Position numbers and translations under genes: made by a program. From assembly GCA_963823335.1 (NCBI GenBank), contig CAWGLD010000001.1, positions 320,001 to 384,000 of the forward strand: a DNA stretch of 64,000 nucleotides, read 5' to 3'. This document shows, in pieces, positions 1 through 10,218 of the stretch; the stretch's first letter is position 1, and each line of letters starts with the position of its first letter. The notes under the pieces were generated by a model. That model ran no database searches, was not told the DNA's origin, and saw only the letters and a program-made list of their open reading frames with translations. Source of the stretch: an uncultured delta proteobacterium. GTDB taxonomy: Bacteria; Desulfobacterota; Desulfobacteria; Desulfobacterales; B30-G6.

Positions 1-165
1 GGCCCAGAATTTGGTCATTTCCAGGTAGGTTTCATCCCCGGTCTGGACATACCGGGTTTCCATATAAGCGATAATGATGGACAACCCCAGGGTCAACGGG
101 ACGAAAAGGAAATGAAACATGGTTGTGGTTGCAAATTGCAATCGTGATAAGGTGACTAAATCCAT
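1..165 (-). CDS. cydA: Cytochrome bd ubiquinol oxidase subunit I, N-terminal part (runs off window start)
   Basis: Manual translation from ATG at 165: [39 protein letters not shown]...MTKFW, the CydA N-terminal motif (RLQF...[10 protein letters not shown]). AGGAGG RBS at 172-177. Not in the ORF track. Confidence 0.93.
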   Translation of the reverse strand, partial: MDLVTLSRLQFATTTMFHFLFVPLTLGLSIIIAYMETRYVQTGDETYLEMTKFWA

Positions 166-292
166 ATGCTTCCTCCTGCTATCATAAAACCGTTATACGT
201 TTTTATAAGGCTTACTATTGTACGAATTCGACAAGAAAATTTCAATGACCTCTCCAGGAAGGCCTCTGCTCCAGCCACGGTGCGTTGCATAA

Positions 293-739
293 TCAGTCAA
301 CCCGTTTCATGGCCTCCATCAACTCTATGGTACAGCTTTTATCGGTCAGAATACCTTTGAAATCGGCCTGTCTGAGAGTTTCTCTGAGTTGATCCCTGGC
401 CGTTTCCCAGACCCGGTGGATGGCACAGGCGGATATGCGGCTGCAGGATTCCGGCCGAACAACACAGTCATTGAGATAAATTTTGCCGATGACCGCTTCC
501 ACCACATCCAGCATGGTCAATTTTCCCGGCGGAACAAGCAGTCGATAACCCCCTTTTGCCCCCTGAACGATCTCTATAATCCCTGCCCTGGCGAGTTGCT
601 GGGCGATTTTACCGAGAAACTGAGCCGGGATATCCATGGCCCGGGCGATTTCTTTTTTGTTGACGACAACGCCCATTCCCTGAAACGAGAGAAACAATGC
701 ACAACGTATGGCATATTCTCCTGCTTTTGTCAGGCGCAT
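293..739 (-). CDS. Rrf2-family transcriptional regulator with three C-terminal Cys (putative Fe-S ligands)
   Basis: MRLTKAGEYAIR start, wHTH with GAKGGYRL, and C-x6-C-x5-C (CVVRPESCSRISAC). Confidence 0.92.
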   Translation of the reverse strand: MRLTKAGEYAIRCALFLSFQGMGVVVNKKEIARAMDIPAQFLGKIAQQLARAGIIEIVQGAKGGYRLLVPPGKLTMLDVVEAVIGKIYLNDCVVRPESCSRISACAIHRVWETARDQLRETLRQADFKGILTDKSCTIELMEAMKRVD

Positions 740-926
740 TTTAACTCCTAATTAAAGAAGCGGGTAACCCAGCCCCAAAACAGAAAACCTTCTGTGATGT
801 GAGCGACAACCTCGCGATTTCAAGATCGTTAGACGTTTTTAGTCGGACATATATCATATTATTTATCCTATATTTTTGAAAACGGCACGTGTCAAGCAAT
901 AAATTTGCCCTGCCAAGTTATAGGAA

Positions 927-957
927 TTGACATTCCTCATCACCTCGGATACATAAT
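927..957 (+). promoter_or_regulatory. Possible sigma70 promoter for the act/cco cluster
   Basis: TTGACA at 927-932. The -10 match is imperfect (TACATA at 17 bp spacing or CATAAT at 19 bp). A near-palindrome ATGTCAC-AAT-GTTACAT lies downstream at 972-988. Confidence 0.35.
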
Positions 958-1075
958 TATATACAGGTTTCAATGTCACAATGTTACATATAAGCTGTTC
1001 GCGGTCAATCTTTGGCTGCCAGCCCCGCAAAGCAACAAGTCAAACCCACGTAACTTTGTCGGAGTAAGTGTTTAC

Positions 1076-4015
1076 ATGGATCGTCGGACCTTTCTGAAAA
1101 TAGCCGGTATGGGAAGTCTGGCCTTTGCTTCTTCCTGTACCTCCGAGAGCGACAAAAAACTCTTCTCTCTGGTACAGGCTCCTGCAGACATGGTTACGGG
1201 AAAAGCCAACTGGTATGCTTCCACCTGCCGCGAGTGTCCCGCTGGATGCGGAATTCTGGCGAAAAACCGTGAAGGGCGGATCATAAAGATAGAAGGGAAC
1301 CCGCTGCACCCCATCAACAAAGGCAGGCTCTGCATGCGAGGCCAGGCTGCTCTGCAGGGGGTCTACCACCCGAACCGGCTCAAGGCACCTCTGCTCAAAA
1401 AAAATGGCCGGTTTCAGGCGCTCTCATATTCTGAAGCGACAACGCTCCTGAATTCAAAGGCACTCGCTGCCCGCAATGGATCGAATCGGGCACGCATACT
1501 CACGGAAACAGTCGGTCAAAACCTCATGCGCTTGTTCTCCGATGCATTGCAGAATCTGAACAGCCCACCACCACTCGTGTTCGAACCCTATGCCTATGAA
1601 TCGTTGAAAACCGCCAACAAACTGGTGTTCGGTATCGATGGTCTACCATCTTATCGCATGGACCAGGCAGACCTTCTGGTCTCTTTTGGCGCTGATTTTC
1701 TGGAAACCTGGCTGTCCCCTGTGGAATATGCCTGGAAATTCAAAACCATGCACGCCCATCAGGCTGACACCAAAAATAATTATATTCACATCAGCCCCTT
1801 TCAATCCCTGACCGGTGCCAATGCGGATCTGTGGCTTGCATGCCAACCCGGAGCAGAGCATCTCATCACCCTCGGCCTGATAAAACAGGTCCTGGACGCC
1901 GGTATGGGTCAGTCACTTTCTCCAACCTTCCGGCAGGTCTTGACCACATCCGCAGCCCCTTTTGATCGCAATTTCGTTATTCAGCACACCGGAATATCTC
2001 CACACGGGTATGACAGCCTGGTCCAAGGTCTCGTGCAAGCACGCCGCCCGCTGATTATAGGATCAGGTACCGGTGCCGCCGACACCCATGGATTGACGAC
2101 CCAGGTATGCGTCAACCTGCTCAATCTTCTTCTGGACCCGCAACTTCGCCTGCTGGACTTCACCCGGCGTCATCGGGTGGAAACAGCTGCCAGGCGGGCA
2201 GATATCCTGAGCTTCTTCGACACACTCGATAATGACGCCGTTGAACTGCTGCTGATTAACAATGCCAACCCCGTCTTCTGCATGTCATCCGACAGTTCCG
2301 TGACAGAGGTGCTCGAAAGAAGCGACCGTTTTGTGGTCTGCTTCAGCAATTTTCTGGACGAAACCACAGCATCGGCGGACTTGATTCTGCCGGTACGTAT
2401 GCCCCTCGAGACCTGGGACGAATACGGCGGAAAAAGCGGGATGACGTCGACCCTTCAGCCGGCCATGGGCCAACTGACCCAGACCCCTCATCTGGGGGAT
2501 GTGATACTGAAAACCTGCTTTGGGCCGGAATATTCTTTCAAGGCCTACAAAGATCACCTTGTTTCCATGCTGGCCGGAACCTTTGAAATAGCCGATGAAT
2601 TCAAGTGGGCCAAAACCCTGCAGCAGGGGGGCCGCTTTGACCCGCCGCAATCACCGATCGAATTGCGGCAGCCACCCACCACAGACGCCATTACGACACT
2701 GCTTAGGCAAGGATCTGAATTCAAGACACCGCAACTGACATTTACGGCCACACCCTCCATCCGTTTTTTTGACGGACGGGGTGCCAACAGACCCTGGCTC
2801 TGTGAAATCCCGGATCCTTTATACCGAATTGCCTGGCAGACACCGGTGGTCATGCATCCTGAAACCGCCCGGGCCAACAACGTCGAGCAGGAAGATGTCA
2901 TCGGTATTGAATCCCCTTTCGGCAGTCTGGAAGCACCGGCGGTTCTTTCCGAACTGGTGATGCCGGGGCTCCTGGTCATGACCATCGGGCAGGGTCACCG
3001 GCCTTTTGGAAACGAAACTGAAGTTGCAGGGGTGAACCCCCTGCAGTTGCTTTCCCCAATAGCCCACAAGGACTCCGGCGGCGCCGACCTCCATGCAACC
3101 GGCATCAAGGTACGCAAAACAGGCCGTACCATGAAACTGGCCAGCACCTCGGGCAGCCTGACACAACACGGGCGGACGCTGGCCCTTTCCGTGACGCTGG
3201 CGGAACTGCAGGATAGAAAGACACCCGCCAGATCCGGTCTCACCATGGGAAATTTTCCCCTCACACTCCCCTTACCCGAAGGATACGACCCAAAACGCGA
3301 TGTGTACCCTCCCCATGACCACGATACCTATCGCTGGGGAATGGTGGTGGATCTGGACAGATGTATCGGCTGCGGTGCCTGTTCAGCAGCCTGTTACGCT
3401 GAAAACAATATCGGGGTCGTGGGAGAAAAACGGATCCTGCAAGGCCGTGAGATGGCCTGGATGAGCGTCGAGCGCTACCATGCATCCGACCGGATGGAAA
3501 GGGTGACCTTTCTGCCCATGATGTGCCAGCACTGTGACAACGGCCCGTGCGAGTCGGTCTGCCCGGTGTATGCCCCGCACCATTCCAAGGAGGGCCTGAA
3601 CAACCAGATTTACAACCGCTGTATCGGTACCCGCTACTGTGTTCAGAACTGCCCCTACAAGGTGCGCCGCTTCAACTGGTTTACCTGGGAATGGCCCGAA
3701 CCCATGAATCTTCAACTCAACCCGGATGTCACCGTCCGCAGCAAAGGGGTCATGGAAAAATGTTCCTTCTGTATTCAGCGCATCAAGGCGGCCCATAACG
3801 TTGCCAAGAATGAAAACCGCTTGATCCGGGATGGTGAGGTGCTGCCGGCCTGTGTACAGACCTGCCCCACCAACGCCCTTGTTTTCGGGAACCTGATGGA
3901 CAAAACCAGCCGCGTCCGTAAACTGACCGAGAGTCCCCGTGCCTACCAGGCCCTGGGGTACCTCAATACCAAACCGGCCGTGATATACCTGAAAAAGGTG
4001 GTCCAAGAGATATGA
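1076..4015 (+). CDS. actB: Alternative complex III subunit ActB (molybdopterin-oxidoreductase-like domain fused to an NrfC-like Fe-S domain), Tat-exported
   Basis: Likely start MDRRTFLK (Tat motif) at 1076 with GGAG RBS. Contains CRECPAGC and C-terminal CIGCGACSAAC, CQHCDNGPCESVCP, CIGTRYCVQNCP, EKCSFC, PACVQTCP. Followed by an NrfD-type gene. Confidence 0.9.
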   Translation: MDRRTFLKIAGMGSLAFASSCTSESDKKLFSLVQAPADMVTGKANWYASTCRECPAGCGILAKNREGRIIKIEGNPLHPINKGRLCMRGQAALQGVYHPNRLKAPLLKKNGRFQALSYSEATTLLNSKALAARNGSNRARILTETVGQNLMRLFSDALQNLNSPPPLVFEPYAYESLKTANKLVFGIDGLPSYRMDQADLLVSFGADFLETWLSPVEYAWKFKTMHAHQADTKNNYIHISPFQSLTGANADLWLACQPGAEHLITLGLIKQVLDAGMGQSLSPTFRQVLTTSAAPFDRNFVIQHTGISPHGYDSLVQGLVQARRPLIIGSGTGAADTHGLTTQVCVNLLNLLLDPQLRLLDFTRRHRVETAARRADILSFFDTLDNDAVELLLINNANPVFCMSSDSSVTEVLERSDRFVVCFSNFLDETTASADLILPVRMPLETWDEYGGKSGMTSTLQPAMGQLTQTPHLGDVILKTCFGPEYSFKAYKDHLVSMLAGTFEIADEFKWAKTLQQGGRFDPPQSPIELRQPPTTDAITTLLRQGSEFKTPQLTFTATPSIRFFDGRGANRPWLCEIPDPLYRIAWQTPVVMHPETARANNVEQEDVIGIESPFGSLEAPAVLSELVMPGLLVMTIGQGHRPFGNETEVAGVNPLQLLSPIAHKDSGGADLHATGIKVRKTGRTMKLASTSGSLTQHGRTLALSVTLAELQDRKTPARSGLTMGNFPLTLPLPEGYDPKRDVYPPHDHDTYRWGMVVDLDRCIGCGACSAACYAENNIGVVGEKRILQGREMAWMSVERYHASDRMERVTFLPMMCQHCDNGPCESVCPVYAPHHSKEGLNNQIYNRCIGTRYCVQNCPYKVRRFNWFTWEWPEPMNLQLNPDVTVRSKGVMEKCSFCIQRIKAAHNVAKNENRLIRDGEVLPACVQTCPTNALVFGNLMDKTSRVRKLTESPRAYQALGYLNTKPAVIYLKKVVQEI

Positions 4016-5328
4016 CCCAGCTGAGCTACGCAAAAATCGATCAAACCATTCTGGACACGCTAACACCCCCGAAATGGACCTACTGGGGCATCCTGGTGTT
4101 GCTGCTTCTGGGTGTCCTGACTGGAGCGGCCTGCTGGACGTACCAGATTTTTGTCGGTATCGGGGTGGGTGGGCAAAACAACCCGGTGGCCTGGGGAACC
4201 TATCTGATCAACTTTGTCTTCTGGGTGGGAATCGCTCACTCGGGCACCTTGATTTCCGCTATTCTGCACCTTTTCAGGGCCGGGTGGCGCAATCCCATCG
4301 CCCGGGCAGCGGAAACCATGACGGTATTTGCGGTCTGTGTGGCAGGGCTGTTTCCATTTATCCATCTGGGACGTGTATGGCAGGTGTATTACATGCTCCC
4401 CATACCGAGCCAGAGACTCCTGTGGCCCAACTTCCTTTCACCGCTCATGTTTGACGTGATCGCCATCAGCACCTATCTCACCGTGAGCTCCCTGTTCTGG
4501 TACACAGGCATGTTGCCGGATCTGGCGGCTGTGCGGGACCGCTCCACAGGAACCCGCCACAAAATATTTAGCTTTCTCTCCTTTGGCTGGTCAGGGGCCC
4601 ATGAACAGTGGCGTCATTACACCCGCGGGTATCTCTTCTTTGCGGCCCTGGCAACGCCCCTGGTCATCTCCGTTCACAGCGTCGTTTCCTGGGATTTTGC
4701 CCTGGGTGTCGTGCCGGGATGGCACACAACCATTTTTGCGCCCTATTTTGTCGCCGGTGCTATCCATTCCGGTCTGGCCATGGTCCTGACCCTGATGATC
4801 CCCTTGCGCAAGTTGTTCAAATACGAGGACATCATTACCATGGAGGTTCTGCAGAATGTTGCCAAGACCATCGTATTGACCGGTCTGATTGTCGGCCTGG
4901 CCTACGGAACCGAATATTTCATCGCCTGGTACAGCCACAACAGCGTTGAAATGGAACAGTTCCGCTGGCGAGCCCTGGGAGATTACCGCTGGGGGTTTTT
5001 CTTCATGGTGCTCTGCAACACCCTGGTCCCGCTGCTCTTTTTGTTTAAAAAAATTCGCACCACCGTTGCATCTCTTTTTATCATTTCCCTGGTCGTAAAT
5101 TTCGGGATGTGGTGGGAACGCTTTGTCATCATCGTGGGCGGGGTCGCCCACGGGTTTGCACCCCATGCCTGGGGGCTCTACAGACCCACGATGATTGAAT
5201 TCGGCATTATGTTCGGTGCCTTCTGTCTCTTTTTCTTCTTGTTCGTGTTGTTTGTAAAACACCTGCCCTCTGTTTCCATGACCGAGATGAAAGAGACCCT
5301 CGAAGGAGGTCACGATCATGCCGCATGA
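4012..5328 (+). CDS. actC: Alternative complex III subunit ActC (NrfD/PsrC-family quinol-binding membrane protein)
   Basis: NFVFWVGIAHSGTLISAIL, HLGR, VHSVVSWDF and WHTTIFAPYFVAGAI motifs; multiple TM helices. Confidence 0.92.
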   Translation: MTQLSYAKIDQTILDTLTPPKWTYWGILVLLLLGVLTGAACWTYQIFVGIGVGGQNNPVAWGTYLINFVFWVGIAHSGTLISAILHLFRAGWRNPIARAAETMTVFAVCVAGLFPFIHLGRVWQVYYMLPIPSQRLLWPNFLSPLMFDVIAISTYLTVSSLFWYTGMLPDLAAVRDRSTGTRHKIFSFLSFGWSGAHEQWRHYTRGYLFFAALATPLVISVHSVVSWDFALGVVPGWHTTIFAPYFVAGAIHSGLAMVLTLMIPLRKLFKYEDIITMEVLQNVAKTIVLTGLIVGLAYGTEYFIAWYSHNSVEMEQFRWRALGDYRWGFFFMVLCNTLVPLLFLFKKIRTTVASLFIISLVVNFGMWWERFVIIVGGVAHGFAPHAWGLYRPTMIEFGIMFGAFCLFFFLFVLFVKHLPSVSMTEMKETLEGGHDHAA

Positions 5329-5890
5329 ACGACATGTCATGGGATTTTTTAAGAACGAAGATCACGTGGTTTCAGCGCTTGAGGCATTGAAGACCTCTCC
5401 CTATGAATTCGTTCGCGTCAACACCCCCATCCCGAGCCATAAGATCATGCAGGCCTTGAACTTGAAGAAAAGCAAGGTGGGCTGGTTTACCCTCTGCGGC
5501 GGGATTATAGGATTCATAAGTGGATTTGGCCTGGCTGCTTTCACCGCCACACGCTGGGATCTGATTGTCAGCGGCAAACCCATCATGGCCATCATTCCCT
5601 TTGTGGTGGTGGGTTTCGAAGCAACGATTCTCTTTGCCGTGTTCGGAAACGTAATCGGGCTTCTGACCCAGATGCGGATGCCGAACAATAAATGGCTGCA
5701 GTATTATGATCCGCGTTGTTCTGGAGAGCATTTCGGTGTTCTGGCCGCCTGCGAAGCCCATCAGGAAAATGGCCTGCAAAATTTCTTCAGGGAACGGGGA
5801 GCGGAGGTAAGAATTTGGATCACCTCCAAAGGGGTCGATCCAAATGAAGGGTTCGAGGATTCGAGGGTTCAAGGGTCCGTGGGTAGCTGA
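5318..5890 (+). CDS. actD: Alternative complex III subunit ActD (DUF3341-like)
   Basis: TPIP...H motif, two TM helices with VSGKP...P..VGFE, YDPRCS, position after actC. The C-terminal ~14 aa derive from an octamer repeat. Confidence 0.85.
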   Translation: MPHERHVMGFFKNEDHVVSALEALKTSPYEFVRVNTPIPSHKIMQALNLKKSKVGWFTLCGGIIGFISGFGLAAFTATRWDLIVSGKPIMAIIPFVVVGFEATILFAVFGNVIGLLTQMRMPNNKWLQYYDPRCSGEHFGVLAACEAHQENGLQNFFRERGAEVRIWITSKGVDPNEGFEDSRVQGSVGS

Positions 5891-6000
5891 CAGCTATCAG
5901 CGGACAGTAGCACTTGAACCCTGGATTCCTTGACCCCTTGAACCCTTTATCCCAATGAATTGGGAGAAGAACCAACTTGTTCAACACTGGATAAACCCAT

Positions 6001-7218
6001 ATGATGGATGCCGAAACAAACCAACAGAGCGCCGTTAAGAAGACCCCTGCATTCGGGGTGTTCATTGCCCTGTTCATTGTGGGGGCCGTGACCTTCCTGT
6101 GGGAATTGACCAGTCATCACCCGCAAAGAGCCTGGCAGGCCTATCTGATCAATTTCCTGCTCTGGTCGGCCATTGCCCAGGGGGCCCTGCTGTTCTCGGC
6201 GGTCATGCACATAACCAAAGCACGCTGGAGCGGTCCGCTTTCAGATCTTTCGGAATCCTTTGCGTCATTTTTTCCAATTTCCTTTGTGCTGTTTCTGATC
6301 CTCTTCATGGGAAACAACCATATATTCCCATGGCTCCACGAGGATCTGCACGGTAAAGAAGTCTGGCTCAATATCCCCTTTCTTTTTGCCCGGGACGGCA
6401 TGGGTCTCCTTATTCTGTACCTCCTGGGTTTCGGATACCTGTTTTATGCCTTACAGCTCAAACTGGACCGGCATGAACCCAAAGGAAAGATCCGTAAGGC
6501 ACTTTTAAGGCACTGGCAGAAAAAACAGCTCCCAGCGGAAAAGATCCACCAAAAAATGACCCTCTGGGGCGGACTCTATATCCTGGCATTTGCCCTTGTC
6601 TTGAGCCTCATGGGATTCGATCTTGTCATGAGTATGGATCCACACTGGGTTTCCACCCTTTTTGGTGCATACCATTTCGTCAAAGCCTTTTTTGTAGGAC
6701 TGGGAGGACTGATCATTCTTGCCTCGGTTATGCATACCCATAACGGGCAGAGCTCCCCCTTGACACCCGCCCATTTCCATGACATCGGCAAGCTGTTTTT
6801 CGGCTTCTGCCTTTTGTGGGCTGATTTCTTTTATGTCCAGCTGCTGGTTATCTACTATGGCAACATCCCCGAAGAAACCTATTATGTGATTACACGTACC
6901 ATGCTGGCACCCTGGAACAAGCTGGCCTGGGGGGTTTTTATCATCTGTTTCGTGGGCCCTTTTTTCATTCTGCTGAATAAAAATGTGAAAACACGGCCCC
7001 TTTTCATGGCTGTCATATGCAGCATCGTCATCGTTGGGATCTGGTTCGAGCACCTCCTACTTCTGGGCCCGGCCTTGAGCCACGGTGCATCATCCATCTC
7101 CCTGGGTTTTTCAGACGGGTTGATTTCCCTGGGCTTTTTCGGGCTCATGGCCCTGGCTATCGGCTCTTTCTTCCACGTCTTTCCGGAGCTGGCCGGAAGA
7201 GAGAGGAACGACCATTGA
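6001..7218 (+). CDS. actF: Alternative complex III subunit ActF (ActC paralogue)
   Basis: ~10 TM helices; WLNIPFLFAR, MSMDPHWVSTLFG, HDIGKL and QLLVIYYGNIPEE motifs. Confidence 0.88.
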   Translation: MMDAETNQQSAVKKTPAFGVFIALFIVGAVTFLWELTSHHPQRAWQAYLINFLLWSAIAQGALLFSAVMHITKARWSGPLSDLSESFASFFPISFVLFLILFMGNNHIFPWLHEDLHGKEVWLNIPFLFARDGMGLLILYLLGFGYLFYALQLKLDRHEPKGKIRKALLRHWQKKQLPAEKIHQKMTLWGGLYILAFALVLSLMGFDLVMSMDPHWVSTLFGAYHFVKAFFVGLGGLIILASVMHTHNGQSSPLTPAHFHDIGKLFFGFCLLWADFFYVQLLVIYYGNIPEETYYVITRTMLAPWNKLAWGVFIICFVGPFFILLNKNVKTRPLFMAVICSIVIVGIWFEHLLLLGPALSHGASSISLGFSDGLISLGFFGLMALAIGSFFHVFPELAGRERNDH

Positions 7219-7727
7219 AAAAAAACAAGACCGCCATTCTGTTAAGCGTATCAGCGCTGATTTTCACGGCCGGCTTTCTGTTTTTATTCTATGGCATATC
7301 TTCCGATGCAATGGGTCCGGAACAACCCATACCCTTCAGCCACAATGTTCACGTTGGCATCAAACAGATACAATGTCAGTACTGCCACCCCTATGTGGCC
7401 TATTCGACCTTTCCGGGGATACCACCGGTGGAAAAGTGTCTTCACTGCCATAACTATATCATTGCCAACCACCCATGGATACAGGAGGAACACCGCTATT
7501 TCGATACCGGAAGTCCCACGCCATGGAAAAAAGTCAACTACGTTGCCGAACACGTTCTTTTCAACCACCAGCGGCACATCAACAAGAAAGTGGCCTGTCA
7601 GGAGTGCCATGGTCCGGTGGAGAATCAACATCGCCTGCCGGCTAAAACCTGGCGTATGGGCATGTGTATCGAATGCCACCAGCAAAAAGGTGCCAATCTG
7701 GACTGCTGGCTGGCTTGCCACAGCTAA
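7215..7727 (+). CDS. actA: Alternative complex III pentaheme cytochrome c ActA
   Basis: Likely TTG start at 7215 with GAGAGG RBS. N-terminal TM, QPIPFSH, heme motifs CQYCH, CLHCH, CQECH, CIECH and atypical CWLACH. Confidence 0.87.
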   Translation: MKKNKTAILLSVSALIFTAGFLFLFYGISSDAMGPEQPIPFSHNVHVGIKQIQCQYCHPYVAYSTFPGIPPVEKCLHCHNYIIANHPWIQEEHRYFDTGSPTPWKKVNYVAEHVLFNHQRHINKKVACQECHGPVENQHRLPAKTWRMGMCIECHQQKGANLDCWLACHS

Positions 7728-7741
7728 TTGAAGGAGTGACT

Positions 7742-9115
7742 TTGGCTACCGAAGAAACTGAAAAAAAGATCTACCAGAACCAGACGGCCAGGGCCTTTGT
7801 CTTGACATCGGCTTCCTGGTTCGCCGTGGCGACAACCTTCGGACTTATCGCCGCAGGATACCTGATGGCACCTGATTTCATGGCCAATATCGAATATATT
7901 CACTTCGGACGCATGCGCCCCATGCACATCAACGCCGTGCTGTTTGGATTCGTGACCCCCGGTCTTCTGGCAGTCGCTTTCTACTATATACCCCGCATGC
8001 TGCGCACGGAGCTCTACAACCACAAGCTGGGTGTTCTGAGCGCCATCTTTTGGAATATCACGGTGACTGCCGGTATGATCGGAATTTCTCTGGGACATAC
8101 CCAGGGGCGGGAATATGCGGAGCTGCCCTGGCTGGTGGACATCATGGTGGTCATTTCCTTCACACTGGTGGCCGTCAACCTGCTCATGACCATCGCCAGA
8201 CGTAAAGAACCCATCCTGTATGTTTCCATCTGGTATGCCATGTCGGCCGTCATTCTCACGGCCTGTACCTATTGTCTGGGCAATGTCATCTGGAAACCGG
8301 ATACGGGCGCCCTGGTGGGCATACCTGATGCGATTCTATTGTGGTTTTACGGCCACAATATCTTCGGTCTCTTGTTATCCCCCATGGCGCTGGCTGTGGC
8401 GTATTATGTGCTGCCAATCGCCACCCGCAGCCCCCTTTACAGTCACACCATGTCTCTGGTGGGGTTCTGGTCACTCATCATCGTCTATACCCACGTGGGT
8501 ACCCATCACCTGCTCCAGGTCCCGGTGCCCACCTGGTTGAAAACCATCTCCATTGTGGACAGCGTGGCCATGGTTATTCCGGTGATGATTGTTTTGATCA
8601 ACCTCTGGTACACGGTGAAAGGCAAGTTGGGGGATATCCACGCCGACGTCGGTGCCAAGTTCGTGTTTACCGGCACCATCTATTATTTCTTCGTCAATAT
8701 GCAGGGATCCATGATGGCACTGCCGCATGTCCAGCGTATCACCCATTTCAACAACTGGGTTGTGGGGCATGCGCATATCGGTGTGCTCGGTTTTGCCGGC
8801 ATCACCGCCCTGGGAGGCATCTATTTTATTCTGCCCAGGATGACCGGCAAACCGCTCTACAGCAGGTTTCTGGCAGATCTGCAATACTGGCTGGTTCTGA
8901 TCGGAATCACCGGTTTTGCAGTGGTGCTCACCACTGCGGGCCTTATTCAGGGCAATGCCTGGTATAACGGTGAAACCCTCTACCGGACACTGCCTGAAAT
9001 TCAACCCTACTATATTTTAAGAGCGTCCCTGGGTGCACTGATCGTGATCGGTGCTTATCTTGGACTGTATAACGTGGTTCGATCTCTCTATTTTAATCGT
9101 GGAGCTTCAACATGA
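7742..9115 (+). CDS. ccoN: cbb3-type (family C) heme-copper oxidase subunit I
   Basis: FGRMRPMHIN, REYAELP, WFYGHN, Y-x-x-x-G-x-HH (VYTHVGTHH) and GHAH motifs. Start placed at TTG 7742 after AAGGAG. Confidence 0.88.
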   Translation: MATEETEKKIYQNQTARAFVLTSASWFAVATTFGLIAAGYLMAPDFMANIEYIHFGRMRPMHINAVLFGFVTPGLLAVAFYYIPRMLRTELYNHKLGVLSAIFWNITVTAGMIGISLGHTQGREYAELPWLVDIMVVISFTLVAVNLLMTIARRKEPILYVSIWYAMSAVILTACTYCLGNVIWKPDTGALVGIPDAILLWFYGHNIFGLLLSPMALAVAYYVLPIATRSPLYSHTMSLVGFWSLIIVYTHVGTHHLLQVPVPTWLKTISIVDSVAMVIPVMIVLINLWYTVKGKLGDIHADVGAKFVFTGTIYYFFVNMQGSMMALPHVQRITHFNNWVVGHAHIGVLGFAGITALGGIYFILPRMTGKPLYSRFLADLQYWLVLIGITGFAVVLTTAGLIQGNAWYNGETLYRTLPEIQPYYILRASLGALIVIGAYLGLYNVVRSLYFNRGAST

Positions 9116-10044
9116 AGATGACGCCAACCGTCATCATTGTCGGTATCCTGTCTCTGCTGACGGCCATTATCCTGACCATTGTCTACTGGCCGTATACACA
9201 GCGTATAACAGAGCCTTCCGAGATTTTCCGTGAACGGGTGCCCGTAGAGGCTGCCGGGCGCAAAATCTATCTGGAAAACGGTTGCGTATATTGTCACAGC
9301 CAGTCCATTCGTTCCATCGACTGGGGCCACGGCGCAGACCGAATTGCTCAGCCGGGTGACTATATTGCCGATGAACCCATTGCACTGGGATCGCAACGTA
9401 CCGGTGTAGACCTCTCCCAGGAAGGCGGTGAACACCCGGATGACTGGCATATCACCCATTTTGTCAATCCGCGCTACACACGGCCTGCCTCCATCATGCC
9501 TCCCTTCGAGTGGTTGGGCATGGAGCGTATCCAGACACTGACGCATTATATGCAAAGCCTGGGATTCAAGAATGCGGACAAACGTATGGAGCGGCAGCAT
9601 TACTGGAAGAAAGAAGCCATCAAGGCCTATGAATCCGGACCTGACATCAACATCCAATGGTTGTCTGATATCACCCCCGAGGGGTGGCGAAACATACCGA
9701 ACCCGTATCCCACTACCCGCGCCGGTCTGCAGCGGGGACACAAAATCTATCAAAATTTCTGTATCGGCTGTCACGGACCCATTGGTGACGGGATGGGTCC
9801 CGGACAACCCTGGATGTACCCACCCCCCTTGAATTTTACCGTATTGAAGGGCAGAGGCATCTCGGGCGGCATTCTTTACTACCAGATCATGAACGGCATC
9901 ACCGGAACCGCCATGCCCTATTTCAAGCGGGACCTGGAGTCACAGAAAATATGGGAGGTGGGTGACTACGTTGCGGTCAACTTTATCAATCAAAGCGATG
10001 CCAATACAGAACCGCGGGGTATTGATTCGGCGTGGGAGCCTTAA
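9112..10044 (+). CDS. ccoO: cbb3-type oxidase subunit II (CcoO) fused to a second c-type heme domain
   Basis: GCVYCHSQSIR, GSQRTGVDL, SIMPPF (CcoO) plus C-terminal CIGCHG...GTAMPYF. Confidence 0.88.
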   Translation: MKMTPTVIIVGILSLLTAIILTIVYWPYTQRITEPSEIFRERVPVEAAGRKIYLENGCVYCHSQSIRSIDWGHGADRIAQPGDYIADEPIALGSQRTGVDLSQEGGEHPDDWHITHFVNPRYTRPASIMPPFEWLGMERIQTLTHYMQSLGFKNADKRMERQHYWKKEAIKAYESGPDINIQWLSDITPEGWRNIPNPYPTTRAGLQRGHKIYQNFCIGCHGPIGDGMGPGQPWMYPPPLNFTVLKGRGISGGILYYQIMNGITGTAMPYFKRDLESQKIWEVGDYVAVNFINQSDANTEPRGIDSAWEP

Positions 10045-10218
10045 GAGCAGGGTTCGAGGGTTCAAGGGTGATACAAGGGTTGGAGGGTAAGCCCTTAAGC
10101 GATAAGCAGCTTACCGCTTAAGGTTTATAGCTTGAACCCTTCAATTTAAATTACACAACGTGTTAGGATGGTTAAAGTTTTAGATATCAACTACGAGCTA
10201 TGAGCTGTAAGCAACAAC

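Noticed and set aside
883-898. Sigma54 promoter CGGCACGTGTCAAGCA upstream of actB
   Set aside because: GG-N10-GC spacing is right but the -12 element lacks TTGC. It is equally explained as the reverse-strand TTGACA for rrf2.
905-1075. ORF-track N-terminal extension of ActB (likewise for actA, ccoN, ccoI, ubiE and the permease)
   Set aside because: Downstream starts have an RBS, signal motif or stop/start coupling; the extensions overlap promoters or other genes.
1076-7727. QrcABCD or polysulfide reductase
   Set aside because: The fused B subunit, ActD- and ActF-like genes and the adjacent oxidase fit alternative complex III better.
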